64,000 nucleotides of DNA, taken from positions 76,337-140,336 of the IMG/VR virus record IMGVR_UViG_3300031760_000008; one strand, 5' to 3'. This DNA comes from a virus. Taxonomy: Duplodnaviria > Heunggongvirae > Uroviricota > Caudoviricetes. Positions 38,366-48,502 of the stretch are shown here, in pieces; positions within the stretch are counted from its first letter, which is position 1; every line of letters starts with the position of its first letter. The position numbers were made by a program, and so were the translations under genes. Below the pieces are notes generated by a model, which did no database searches, had not been told where the DNA came from, and saw only the letters and a list, made by a program, of their open reading frames with translations.

Positions 38366-41320
38366 TTATATTTTTAGTATGAATACTTGTAAATCATTAA
38401 TATCATAAACAACCGATGTATTAACTCTAATAGTATTATTATCAATAATACTATTATCTATATATAATTGTTCTCCAGTAGTAGAATTTCTAAACTGAAC
38501 TATTATATTAGAAGAATTTAAATTATGAGTTACAGTAAATGTAGTACTTATATTATCTCCTAAAGTAGTAGTGTATGATGATATAGCTCTATCATCTACA
38601 TATTTTTTAGTAGCTGGATGATAATCTTGAGTTGGATTATATGAACCAGTTGTATATGAATCTGCTTTCAAGAAAGATCCTTCAGATGATGTTGAGTAAC
38701 TACTTGATACATTATCTACAACAAAGGTACTACCCTCACTTCTAAATGTAATAGAAAAGTAATATTTAATCATATTAAGTGTACTTGCAGGTTGGTTTTG
38801 ATTAATTACATTCCAATGTTCATGTAATCCTAAAACTCGCCATGTTAAACTTTGAGCAGTAGGATTAGGTAAAGTTGAGTTTATACAGAATATATTAAAT
38901 TTATTATCTGTATTATTTTCTGCAAATATATAAATTGGTTTAGTATTTCTATTAGGTATAAATGAATTTAATAAATTAATAAAATCAGTTAATTCATCAG
39001 AACTCATATTATTACTATATCTTAAAACTTCATATGGTAAATTTGTATTAGCTGTTATTCTTATTCTATCATTTGTATTAGTAACAGTTATACCTTCACC
39101 GAAATCTAATATATGTCTATATGGAACTAAAGATCCAAATGCATAAACATCATGGCCTATATTGTTAAATATATTATCATAACCAGTTTGAGTTATTCCT
39201 AATTTTAATCCAAAATTTGAAGAACCATCTGATGATACAGCTGAACTTGTTCCTAATATCTCAACATCTCCACCATTATCAGAATTAATAGAGAAAGCAG
39301 ATGTTAGATTAGATACTGAAGCTCCTTCTATTATACCATTTCCAGATGTAACAACTATCTTATTTTGAGGTATTGTATTACCTATTGTATAATTAATATA
39401 ATTTGTATCTAAAGCACCTACATCAGAAGCTTGTAATGTTACAGCTCCTGTATTTCCATTAACACTTAATACATTATCATTAGTATCAATTTTATTCCAA
39501 GTACCATCATAATATAAACACCAATCTCCTACTTGGAACAATTTATTATTAAATGTAGCTTCTGTATCAGCTATCCAGAACTGACCTTCCATAGGATTGT
39601 TACTTGGAGCTCCTGTTTGAGGATTCCAATTACCTTTAGGTACTAATCCTGTTTGAGAAGCAGGTAATTGAGAAGGTGTTAATTTACCATCTTGACCTAA
39701 AGTAGCTACGGTTACACCTAAATCAGAACTTTGAACAATATTACTTCCAGGATCTAATGTTAAATTAATACTTGCTTGAGTTGCAGAAGTATCTATATCT
39801 ACAATACCACTAGCTTCTCCTGTTACTATTAATCTTATAGGATGATCTAAAGCTGAAGATGTTTGAGCGTTACCTGGTAAATCACCATTTGCATTAACAG
39901 CTAAAGCTTTTCCTTCAGTAGGTATTTGACTTAATATATTATTTGCAGAAGTATTTATAGAAACATTTCCACTTAAATCTGTACTAACTGATCCTGTTAT
40001 ATCTCCAGTTAAACTAATACTAATTGCATTTGCTAAAGCATTTGTAGAAGCTGATGTTCCTGGTAATATTAGATCATTATTTACTTTTAAAGGTTTTCCT
40101 GCTGTAGGAATATCAGTAGATGCTACAGAAGCTATTTTATTATCTACCTGATTTTTATTATAATAATTTTCAGGATCTACAGTTGAAATAGCATCTATTT
40201 GATCTTGTAAATCAACCATAGTAGCTTCATAATCTGTATGATGATGTTTTGAACCATCTATTTCTAAATTAACTGTAGTATCAGTTAATTTATTAACAAG
40301 AGCACTTCCTGAAGCCCCTCCAGCAAAAGTTAATGTAAATGGATTTGCAGTCATTCTAAATGATCTAGATTGAGAATTATAATTTACAGTTATACCTTCA
40401 GCTGTCATTCTTGAGAATACATCATTTACTTGAACCAATGCTTGATCTCTAGCAGCTGAGTTAAAATCTATAATATCATTAGCCACATGACTATGACCTA
40501 CAAGAGATATATCATCTAATGTCATACCATTAATTCTTTTAACATTAATATCTAAAGGACTTGGTAATGATGGATCTTGTAATTTAGAATATATATCCTG
40601 TGGAGTTATAACTTTTATAGCAGATACATCTAAGTTTCCTTCATGAAATACTTCATATATATGATCATCTTTAGGATACTCAGAAGGATCTTCCTCTGGT
40701 ATTTCGGAATAATCGACAAACATTTGATTATTTTTATTATGAAATTCTGATCTTAAATATGATTTACCATTATCACCTAATAATAATTCATCATTAGAAC
40801 TCATTTTACCATTTGGTAATAATCTAATACCTCCTCCTAAAAAAGAAGATATTATCATATTATCATTAGATTCTTCTATATAAATCTTACCTTTGATAAT
40901 ACGATTTTTATCACGAATAACAACAGATCCATCTTTTAATAAACCATTATTATCTAAAACAGTATATGGTTGATTTCCATTATATACATCAGTTATATTT
41001 CTATTGTCATCATATACATATGCACTTGGATAACTCGTATCTGTATATAAAGAAACCCATTTATTATTCCATAGCCATAATGAGTTATCTTCCCAGCAAT
41101 AATAAGTTGTTCCATAAGCAGGTGTCATATAATAGAATAAATCATTTAAAGTATTAACTCCGGTATAACTATAAGTTACTCTTCTACTATTTGATTCATC
41201 ATAATATAATCTTTGTGTATCTAAGCACATATACATATTGCCTTGTTTTTTATTGGTAGTTAATAAATCAAATTCGTTCATTCTATATATTCTATTTATT
41301 TGTGGAGTTATCACTGCCAT
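38366..41320 (-). CDS. Large tail/baseplate structural protein
   Basis: PKGNWNP..GQFWIA..GDWCLY..WNKID..VLSVNGNTGAVTL tail-type motif; repeated ISLTGDITGS; C-terminal HNLNS; late motif upstream. Confidence 0.6.
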   Translation of the reverse strand: MAVITPQINRIYRMNEFDLLTTNKKQGNMYMCLDTQRLYYDESNSRRVTYSYTGVNTLNDLFYYMTPAYGTTYYCWEDNSLWLWNNKWVSLYTDTSYPSAYVYDDNRNITDVYNGNQPYTVLDNNGLLKDGSVVIRDKNRIIKGKIYIEESNDNMIISSFLGGGIRLLPNGKMSSNDELLLGDNGKSYLRSEFHNKNNQMFVDYSEIPEEDPSEYPKDDHIYEVFHEGNLDVSAIKVITPQDIYSKLQDPSLPSPLDINVKRINGMTLDDISLVGHSHVANDIIDFNSAARDQALVQVNDVFSRMTAEGITVNYNSQSRSFRMTANPFTLTFAGGASGSALVNKLTDTTVNLEIDGSKHHHTDYEATMVDLQDQIDAISTVDPENYYNKNQVDNKIASVASTDIPTAGKPLKVNNDLILPGTSASTNALANAISISLTGDITGSVSTDLSGNVSINTSANNILSQIPTEGKALAVNANGDLPGNAQTSSALDHPIRLIVTGEASGIVDIDTSATQASINLTLDPGSNIVQSSDLGVTVATLGQDGKLTPSQLPASQTGLVPKGNWNPQTGAPSNNPMEGQFWIADTEATFNNKLFQVGDWCLYYDGTWNKIDTNDNVLSVNGNTGAVTLQASDVGALDTNYINYTIGNTIPQNKIVVTSGNGIIEGASVSNLTSAFSINSDNGGDVEILGTSSAVSSDGSSNFGLKLGITQTGYDNIFNNIGHDVYAFGSLVPYRHILDFGEGITVTNTNDRIRITANTNLPYEVLRYSNNMSSDELTDFINLLNSFIPNRNTKPIYIFAENNTDNKFNIFCINSTLPNPTAQSLTWRVLGLHEHWNVINQNQPASTLNMIKYYFSITFRSEGSTFVVDNVSSSYSTSSEGSFLKADSYTTGSYNPTQDYHPATKKYVDDRAISSYTTTLGDNISTTFTVTHNLNSSNIIVQFRNSTTGEQLYIDNSIIDNNTIRVNTSVVYDINDLQVFILKI

Positions 41321-41367
41321 ATTTTTCTCTCCTTATAAAATAAAAAATTAGTAGGATATCACTTATC

Positions 41368-41382
41368 CTACTAATATTTTAC
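41368..41382 (-). promoter_or_regulatory. Putative late promoter motif
   Basis: GTAAAATATTAGTAG upstream of 38366..41320; overlaps a hairpin. Confidence 0.65.
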
Positions 41383-41415
41383 TTATTTTAAATATCGCAA
41401 TTTTTATAAATTTTA

Positions 41416-43848
41416 TTAATTATTATCGTCTTTAAGCTTCTTTGAATTTCTATAGTCGAAATATTCACTACCTTCTTTATCTATTGTATCAATAGTATAT
41501 TGTTTACCTCTAAACCATCTCAATTCAGAAGAAGGATTCATAATATCATCATATTGAACATAATATACATCATTTGGATTTTCTATAGAAGCTTGTTTTG
41601 CTTTTTCTTCAGCTTCTTCATTAGACATTTCATACCAAGCATGTAATACATGACCATTATCAAACTCATTATAATGAGATATTCTTTTTTGTTTTGTTCC
41701 TTCTGTTTTTATCTCTTTTGATTCTAATAACTCATTATATATAAATTCTCTTAATTCTTGATATTCTCCATTTTCATCTCCAAATTGACCTTCTAATTCA
41801 TCTAAAGCTGATAGAGCATCATCTGGATCTTTTTCATCTAATTCTAGGTTTCTACAAAATGTTTTATATTGTTTATCCATTCTTTTTAAATATGCATCAT
41901 GATCTTTATCTAAATCATTAGATTCATTTAAATCAAATTTTCCTATATTAGCTACATACCATAAAATTCCTTCATCTACATCATATTGTTTTGCTAAAGC
42001 TTTTACTTTTTCTGATGATAAGAATGCATGATTAACTGGAATCAATTCTTTATATTTATTTTGTTCTTCTTTTGATAAAGCATCAAATTCATCTTTGAAA
42101 TTTCTTCCTTCTATTTCATCTATTTTAGCTTCTTCATCTGATCCAGGTTCAGTACCTAAATCTGTTTTTATATCATCAGATTCTTCTATTATTTCATATT
42201 TTTCTATATCAGGAACTAAAACTTCACTTCCTGCTTCATTTATATATGTAGGTATAAATGAATTCTCATAAGTTCCATCATCTACTTTAGTTAATATATA
42301 TCCATCAGAAGTTTTTATTCTATTTGGATATTTTTTACCTTCAGTTGCTAATTTTTTTACTTCTTCATCTTGTGCATTTACTTTAGCTATTTCAGCATTT
42401 ATAAATTGAGCTATTTCATCTACAGTATCTACAAAAGTTCTAGCTCCAGCTGCTCCTACAGTAACAGAAAATTTTCCTTGATCATTATCAAAATATATAA
42501 ATATTGATCTTTTATTATTATCTTTATCATTTAATTGTATATCATTAAAGAATTCATAAAGATCCTCATTAAATACTGTATATTGATTTAATACATAATC
42601 TTCTAACTTATTTAATAATTCCTCTTTATCTAATTTCTTTGTTTCTACTTCTTTAGCTTCTTCTTTCTTATTAGGATCAGGAATATAATCTTTTCTTCCT
42701 AATAATTTATCATATACTCTATAAGCATCTTGAACAGTTACACTACCATGCATATAAGATACTCTTTCAGTATTATCTCTTTTCCAGTCTAAACCTTCTT
42801 CTTTTACTATTTGTTTAACTTTATTAGCTAACCATTTTTTAATTTGTAATTCATCTTTGCCTCTAAATCCTGAAGAATAATCACTAGTATCAAACTTAGC
42901 AACAACTTCACTACCTTCATAATCTACAGACATATGTTGCCAAAATCTATCCATTCCAGGACTATTTTCCCATATACCATCAGATAACTGACCTTCAACT
43001 GAACTTAGTACATCATAAGCATTTCTATCAGTTAATCCTGTTCTTATAGTAAGATTATTTACACCTTCATTTAATTTTTTAGATTCATCTAAATCTTCTT
43101 CCTCATCCTCATCAAAATTGTCATCTTCATTATAATAATCATCTTCGTCTTCATCATCCCAATGTTCATTAAATTCGAAAGGACCTTCACAATCATATAT
43201 ACTACCTTGTTTTGATTTTTCTAAAGAATCTAATAAATTTTCATTTAAACAATAATCAGCTAATTCTCTTAATAATACTTCATAGTCATCTTCTTCTGTT
43301 ATATCATATATACGTTTTAATATTTGAGGAACATCTCCTGGTGCATATTTATATAACCAATTAGCATAAGATGATAAATCATTAGCCCATCCATTTAATC
43401 CTGAATTAACATTATCAAATACATCTCCATCATTATACCACTTATAAATTAATTTATTTACAGCAGTAACTATTTGAGATGCAAATGTTTCTCCTTCTCC
43501 TTGATCTGGCATATATTTATTTACTAAGTCTTCAAATTTATCATAATAGCTCCAATCAACTCCTTCTGTTAAAGGTTTTGTTAAAGCTTCATTTTCAGGA
43601 TCTTCAAGTAATGCTTTTGCTGTAGCTTCTTCTAATCCTTCTTTTTTTATAGAAGACATATAATCTTCCATAGCTTCTTTTACACCACAATCAGGACATA
43701 TATATGTTTCGTTATCTCTTCTAGATAAAGCAGGATAACCTAAAAACCAATTACCACATTTAGGACATTTCTTAGGAGTTTCATTATCATATGGCATTGG
43801 TTCTTTTTCTAACTCTTCTTTACTCTTCATAATATATTTCTCCTTCAT
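41416..43848 (-). CDS. Acidic polyprotein with N-terminal Zn finger and LxE linkers (putative internal head protein)
   Basis: CPKCG..YPALSRRDNETYICPDCG; LEEA, LTEG, LDESKKLNEG, IEES, LNES and LLESKEIKTEG linkers. Confidence 0.55.
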   Translation of the reverse strand: MKEKYIMKSKEELEKEPMPYDNETPKKCPKCGNWFLGYPALSRRDNETYICPDCGVKEAMEDYMSSIKKEGLEEATAKALLEDPENEALTKPLTEGVDWSYYDKFEDLVNKYMPDQGEGETFASQIVTAVNKLIYKWYNDGDVFDNVNSGLNGWANDLSSYANWLYKYAPGDVPQILKRIYDITEEDDYEVLLRELADYCLNENLLDSLEKSKQGSIYDCEGPFEFNEHWDDEDEDDYYNEDDNFDEDEEEDLDESKKLNEGVNNLTIRTGLTDRNAYDVLSSVEGQLSDGIWENSPGMDRFWQHMSVDYEGSEVVAKFDTSDYSSGFRGKDELQIKKWLANKVKQIVKEEGLDWKRDNTERVSYMHGSVTVQDAYRVYDKLLGRKDYIPDPNKKEEAKEVETKKLDKEELLNKLEDYVLNQYTVFNEDLYEFFNDIQLNDKDNNKRSIFIYFDNDQGKFSVTVGAAGARTFVDTVDEIAQFINAEIAKVNAQDEEVKKLATEGKKYPNRIKTSDGYILTKVDDGTYENSFIPTYINEAGSEVLVPDIEKYEIIEESDDIKTDLGTEPGSDEEAKIDEIEGRNFKDEFDALSKEEQNKYKELIPVNHAFLSSEKVKALAKQYDVDEGILWYVANIGKFDLNESNDLDKDHDAYLKRMDKQYKTFCRNLELDEKDPDDALSALDELEGQFGDENGEYQELREFIYNELLESKEIKTEGTKQKRISHYNEFDNGHVLHAWYEMSNEEAEEKAKQASIENPNDVYYVQYDDIMNPSSELRWFRGKQYTIDTIDKEGSEYFDYRNSKKLKDDNN

Positions 43849-43871
43849 TTATTAGATTTTATTTTTCTATT

Positions 43872-43886
43872 CTATTATTATTTTAC
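43872..43886 (-). promoter_or_regulatory. Putative late promoter motif (variant)
   Basis: GTAAAATAATAATAG upstream of 41416..43848. Confidence 0.6.
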
Positions 43887-43898
43887 CTATTTCATATA

Positions 43899-44477
43899 TT
43901 ATTCCATTAATTTCTTTTGATCAGCAAGTTGTTTTGCTCTTTCTTTTTGTATTCTTCTAAAATGGTTGTGTGTTAGTTGTTTTATATTATGAGATGGGCA
44001 GAGTTTTTGATATCTATCTAATACTTGATTAAATTGGTATCTTGATATATTTTCTTGTTCACAAAATTCTCCAAGTGTCATTATAGAGTTCATATAACTA
44101 GTAATTATTCTAATTATTTGCTCATCATTGTAGTTATTAACACTTGTACCAGCTTTATCTATTCTATCTCTAACATCAAATCTTGATTCTTCAGCAATGA
44201 TCAAATTATTAGGATCTTTTTTACACTCATCACAAATAAATGTAATATAATATGGATCTTTTCTATTATGTAATGTTTTACCTTCTTTACCACATATACA
44301 ACATATCTTTTGAATTTCAGGTTTTCTAGCTATCATATTGATTATTTTAACTCTTGTTCTTTGCCAGTTTTGAGCTTCTATTTTCTCAGCTGGTGTTAGT
44401 CTTTTCTTTCCTCTATCCCATGTCTTTTTCATTTTTCTCACTTCCTCTCCTATAATATTTTTATAGGTCTTAATCAC
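43899..44477 (-). CDS. Zn-finger plus HTH-like putative DNA-binding protein
   Basis: CCICG..CDEC; C-terminal TLGEFCEQENISRYQFNQVL. Confidence 0.45.
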   Translation of the reverse strand: MIKTYKNIIGEEVRKMKKTWDRGKKRLTPAEKIEAQNWQRTRVKIINMIARKPEIQKICCICGKEGKTLHNRKDPYYITFICDECKKDPNNLIIAEESRFDVRDRIDKAGTSVNNYNDEQIIRIITSYMNSIMTLGEFCEQENISRYQFNQVLDRYQKLCPSHNIKQLTHNHFRRIQKERAKQLADQKKLME

Positions 44478-44658
44478 AATTACTTACTTCTTTTAATATC
44501 ATAATTATTACTATGATTGATAAAGGTATCATTAACCAAAAATGATTTTCTATAAATTGTTCTATTATCCCTAATATATAGAAAAATCCTAATATTAGTA
44601 ATGTTCCTATTATACCTCCTATTAAATTTTTCATTAGTTCCTTAACGATTTTTTCCAT
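44470..44658 (-). CDS. Small two-TM membrane protein
   Basis: Two hydrophobic stretches; first gene after the promoter at 44696-44728. Confidence 0.6.
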   Translation of the reverse strand: MEKIVKELMKNLIGGIIGTLLILGFFYILGIIEQFIENHFWLMIPLSIIVIIMILKEVSNCD

Positions 44659-44695
44659 AGTATTTTTCTTCCTTTCTACATACTTTCTTAAATAT

Positions 44696-44728
44696 ATTAT
44701 ACTATATATTTTAAAAGATGGAACGGGG
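44696..44728 (-). promoter_or_regulatory. Early/middle promoter CCCCGTTCCA-N17-TATAAT
   Basis: Counted spacer 17 nt; upstream of 44470..44658. Confidence 0.7.
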
Positions 44729-44729
44729 T

Positions 44730-45185
44730 TTATAAAATATTTTTTAAATCTTTCAACTCCTTGAAAACAAAGTCTTTACAAGTGATTTCATCTAATTTTT
44801 TATTTAAATGAGCAGTAAATTTAGCCATACATTCATTACATAAATCTTTACCTAATTCAAATTCATTTTGAACATACCAATCAGAATCAGGTCTACCTGC
44901 TCCGAATTCCCCTTCATAATAATAAATATATTGATTCCAGTCTCTATTATCATATTCTTTTCCACATATATCACATTTGCATACTATAAAAGTTTTCTCT
45001 TCTTCTATTTCATGCATACCTCTTTTATCATCTGATAATAAATCATTAAAAGCAGGATGTTTTATATTATGAGATCCACATTTATTACATACAAGTCTTA
45101 TATTCTCAGATCCACAGTCATTACAAAATTGAACTAATCTATATTGACCAGTTTTAACTTTCCTCGTTTCCTTCCTCAAAAACAT
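44730..45185 (-). CDS. Zn-ribbon protein
   Basis: CNDCGS..CNKCGS; CDICGK..CNEC. Confidence 0.55.
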   Translation of the reverse strand: MFLRKETRKVKTGQYRLVQFCNDCGSENIRLVCNKCGSHNIKHPAFNDLLSDDKRGMHEIEEEKTFIVCKCDICGKEYDNRDWNQYIYYYEGEFGAGRPDSDWYVQNEFELGKDLCNECMAKFTAHLNKKLDEITCKDFVFKELKDLKNIL

Positions 45186-45579
45186 TTTCTTCAGACTCCT
45201 TTTTTATAATATCTTCTAAAGTTTCATCAGGATATTTACTAAGTTCTTTATCAACATCATAATTAGTTAAATCTTTTTCTCTATAATCTTTAACTAATTT
45301 TCCAGTATCTATCAGTTTATTATCCTTTATTTTTAATACAGTTCTTTTTAAAGCATCTTTCATATGTTTCATAGTAACTTTAATATCATCATAATCTTGA
45401 AATCTCATATCTACAGGTTCTGAAGTCCATGCAACAGGATTATCCATTTCATCATAATGCACTTCATGTAAAGCAAAATGTTTAACAAAATATTCTTCAT
45501 AATCTTTCTTTGAATACCAAGTTTCTTTATATTCAATAAATCTAGTATTCCAATATTTTCCTGTCCATTCTTTATTCAT
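45154..45579 (-). CDS. Hypothetical protein
   Basis: 141-aa ORF (WNTR..FALHEVHYDEMDNPVAWT). Confidence 0.5.
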   Translation of the reverse strand: MNKEWTGKYWNTRFIEYKETWYSKKDYEEYFVKHFALHEVHYDEMDNPVAWTSEPVDMRFQDYDDIKVTMKHMKDALKRTVLKIKDNKLIDTGKLVKDYREKDLTNYDVDKELSKYPDETLEDIIKKESEENVFEEGNEES

Positions 45580-45772
45580 AATCTTCTTCCTTTACTTTTC
45601 TTTTTTCATATTTATCATTATATATTCCAGAATCTCCATAATATTTTCTTCTTTTGTGTTGATAACAATCTGGACATAATGCTTCTCCATCAAGCCAAAT
45701 TCTATCTCCTTCTCTTACATCATTTTTACACCAAGGACATTTTACTATTTCATTTAACCAACTATCACTCAT
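45572..45772 (-). CDS. Small Zn-finger protein
   Basis: CPWCK..CPDC. Confidence 0.5.
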   Translation of the reverse strand: MSDSWLNEIVKCPWCKNDVREGDRIWLDGEALCPDCYQHKRRKYYGDSGIYNDKYEKRKVKEEDYE

Positions 45773-46020
45773 TTTCTACCTCCCAACCATAGATCTTCTG
45801 AATACAATTCATTATTATCTACTAACTTGTTTAAATTTGGATTTTCTTTTTTAGCTATTATTAATGCTTCTTCTCTATCAACAAATCTTAAATCATCTGT
45901 TATAAATCCTTGTTCAGCATGTTTAAAATCATTTGGATATAATATTATTAATTCGCTATGAGAATTTCTACTAGCATATACTTTACCTTCTTTAGTTCTT
46001 ATTGCAGGAGCTATTATCAT
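45769..46020 (-). CDS. Small phage hypothetical protein
   Basis: QGFITDDLRFVDREEALIIA..LYSEDLW motif recalled from other phage hypotheticals. Confidence 0.55.
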   Translation of the reverse strand: MIIAPAIRTKEGKVYASRNSHSELIILYPNDFKHAEQGFITDDLRFVDREEALIIAKKENPNLNKLVDNNELYSEDLWLGGRK

Positions 46021-46022
46021 TT

Positions 46023-46352
46023 TTATTCATCCTCCAAATTACATATATAATATTGTATAGATTCATTATAACTTATTGTATGAGGATATCTTTTAACAAT
46101 ATAATCTAAAAAATCATCAGTACCTGTATAATTAAATAAACCAAAATCATCATTATACTTTTCACAATATAATTTATTATGATCTTTGCGAATTCTATCC
46201 ATACAGTCCCAAACATTTGCATTATTTTTTAAATACTTTTTAACATCAATAGAATCTAAATATTCATATTCATCATGTTCTTTCTTCTGCCATAATTCTT
46301 TTTCTTCTCTAGTCATATTTATTTCTCCTTTATATAATGACCACATCTCCAA
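46023..46352 (-). CDS. Hypothetical protein
   Basis: ORF in a tightly packed early/middle run. Confidence 0.45.
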   Translation of the reverse strand: MEMWSLYKGEINMTREEKELWQKKEHDEYEYLDSIDVKKYLKNNANVWDCMDRIRKDHNKLYCEKYNDDFGLFNYTGTDDFLDYIVKRYPHTISYNESIQYYICNLEDE

Positions 46353-46675
46353 TCATCCCAACTATATTTATCAGGATATCCTTGTTTCTTTTCCTTTGCA
46401 GTTCTAAAATTATCTTCTTTCCACTCTTCTAATTCTTTAGGTATATATTCCCAAACTTTAGTTATAATATTCCCATTAGAAGATTTATAATCAAATTTTT
46501 CTATACCATGAGTATATAAAAATTCTTCTAATCTCCATTTAGATGCAAATTTAAAATACATTACATCTTTTGGAATATCATTAAAATAAGCTAAATATGA
46601 TTTTCCATCATGTTCACCATATGCCTTTAATTTAGTATTATCATTAATAATTAAACAATCATTAAACCAAGCCAT
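46319..46675 (-). CDS. Hypothetical protein
   Basis: ORF in a tightly packed early/middle run. Confidence 0.5.
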   Translation of the reverse strand: MAWFNDCLIINDNTKLKAYGEHDGKSYLAYFNDIPKDVMYFKFASKWRLEEFLYTHGIEKFDYKSSNGNIITKVWEYIPKELEEWKEDNFRTAKEKKQGYPDKYSWDDWRCGHYIKEK

Positions 46676-47225
46676 ATCTATTCTCCTTTATTTCTTCATA
46701 TCCAAATCTATCTATCATTTCTTTTAAAGTTATAGGATACCAATCCCATAAATCACATCCACAATTATATCTATTAGGTTGATCTATTTTATTAGGATTA
46801 TTATGTAAGTGACCATGAATATGTATAGATCCATAATGTTGTCTATCCCAATTTTCGATAGGATAATGAGATAAAATAACACATTTACCTTGATCTTCAA
46901 TTCTTTTATAATAAGTTATTTCTTCCCATAATCTTTCCTTTAAATCAATACTATTTATCCATCCTTCATCATGATTTCCAATTATTAAATGTTTTTTACC
47001 ATTCAAAGATTTAACAATATCATTTATATTATCTATAGAAGCTTTACTACCTTTCCAAGCAAAATCTCCTAAAATATAAACAGTATCATTAATTCCTATT
47101 CTTTCATTCCATCGATCTATTAAGCCTTGTGTCATTTCTTCAATAGTTTTCCAAGGTCTATTTTCATATTTTATAATATTACTATGTCCAAAGTGTAAAT
47201 CAGATGTGTAAAATATCTTACTCAT
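46662..47225 (-). CDS. Calcineurin-like metallophosphoesterase
   Basis: SDLHFGH, LGDF, GNHD, HYP and HGHLH motifs. Confidence 0.9.
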   Translation of the reverse strand: MSKIFYTSDLHFGHSNIIKYENRPWKTIEEMTQGLIDRWNERIGINDTVYILGDFAWKGSKASIDNINDIVKSLNGKKHLIIGNHDEGWINSIDLKERLWEEITYYKRIEDQGKCVILSHYPIENWDRQHYGSIHIHGHLHNNPNKIDQPNRYNCGCDLWDWYPITLKEMIDRFGYEEIKENRYGLV

Positions 47226-47532
47226 CTAAATTTACCTCCTCATTATTTATATATAACTTTCCACTATAATAATGAATACTGCTATTTTTTATAATATCTT
47301 TACAGTTCTGTATTATAGCTTCTTTTATCTCTTGTTCGTTAGATGTATTTGCAAGTATTGTCATTAACTTTCCTTCTGATAATAAACTACCATTAACACC
47401 TTCTATTCTAAAATTTATTTCATGTTCATCTTCATATACTATTGTAAAATCAGATAAATAAGTACTACCATAATCACAAGTAGGACACCCTTGTATATAA
47501 TGAGAATCATATAATACATCTATTATTTTCAT
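47218..47532 (-). CDS. Hypothetical protein
   Basis: 104-aa ORF with GCPTCDYGS. Confidence 0.5.
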   Translation of the reverse strand: MKIIDVLYDSHYIQGCPTCDYGSTYLSDFTIVYEDEHEINFRIEGVNGSLLSEGKLMTILANTSNEQEIKEAIIQNCKDIIKNSSIHYYSGKLYINNEEVNLDE

Positions 47533-48116
47533 TATCTTTTACTCCTTTTATTATTCCATATAAATCCAAAATCAGTTCTTTTAATTTTACACATATCACC
47601 ATTTTCTCTATGAAACACAATACCTTCTATATAATGAGTATTTAAATAATCTTTTATTCCCTCAAAAGTTCTAGGAACATTATCTAATATCTTATTACCA
47701 TGTTTAAAGAAAGTATCAGTTTCTAAATTATAAGGATTTGTTTGAAAATGAGGTCCACATAATTCATATGTTCCATCTTCTAAATGTTCTTTATCTAATC
47801 TATTCCAAGCTTCTATAAACCATTTATCGTCGGGTTTATCTTCTTTAACTTCTACCCAATGAGGCCAATGAGTTGTCACAGGATCAGGTTCAGGTTGACA
47901 AGGTATAGCTCCTTCAGGAGGTTGTTTACCTTGTTTTGCATCATATCTTTTATATAATTTGTTATTTTGAATCAAACAACAAGTACCATCATATTTTTCT
48001 GTAGCTAAACCTTCTCCATTTATTACCCATTCGCAACCAGGAGTTATTTGAGATGTTATAGATTTGACATTATGATTTTCAAACTCCCTTATAAACAAAC
48101 TAGGTATCTTTTTCAT
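47532..48116 (-). CDS. RNA ligase-like nucleotidyltransferase (DUF5565/RLIG1-like)
   Basis: KKIPSLF, ATEKYDGTCC (motif I KxDG), YELCGP, IEGIVFH and KIKR motifs. Confidence 0.7.
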   Translation of the reverse strand: MKKIPSLFIREFENHNVKSITSQITPGCEWVINGEGLATEKYDGTCCLIQNNKLYKRYDAKQGKQPPEGAIPCQPEPDPVTTHWPHWVEVKEDKPDDKWFIEAWNRLDKEHLEDGTYELCGPHFQTNPYNLETDTFFKHGNKILDNVPRTFEGIKDYLNTHYIEGIVFHRENGDMCKIKRTDFGFIWNNKRSKR

Positions 48117-48118
48117 TG

Positions 48119-48448
48119 TTATTCCTTCCTAGGATCCTGAACTACCTTTAGACCAATGCCTCTACTATATTTATATAACATAAATAAAAATAAAGATTTA
48201 AACAATTCAAAATCTATATTATTTCTTTTACAATATCTTTCTACATTTTCATATGTAGGACATTCTATAAATACATTAGCTTGCAAATTTTCTAAATATA
48301 CTATATCAATAGATAATTCTTCTCCGTTTAATGTAAAATAAACTTTATTACTTCCTCTATCAGTTCTATTACCAGGTCTTTCTTTTCCTATAATTTTAAT
48401 ATCTAAATTTAGATTCATTTTTAATCTCCTTTTCTCAAGAAGATACAT
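48119..48448 (-). CDS. Hypothetical protein
   Basis: ORF; probable start at internal MNLNLD behind a GGAG RBS. Confidence 0.45.
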   Translation of the reverse strand: MYLLEKRRLKMNLNLDIKIIGKERPGNRTDRGSNKVYFTLNGEELSIDIVYLENLQANVFIECPTYENVERYCKRNNIDFELFKSLFLFMLYKYSRGIGLKVVQDPRKE

Positions 48449-48502
48449 AATTATTCAGTTTTTACCTAAAACTCTGTTAAAACTTAAATATGCGCGAAAT
48501 AA

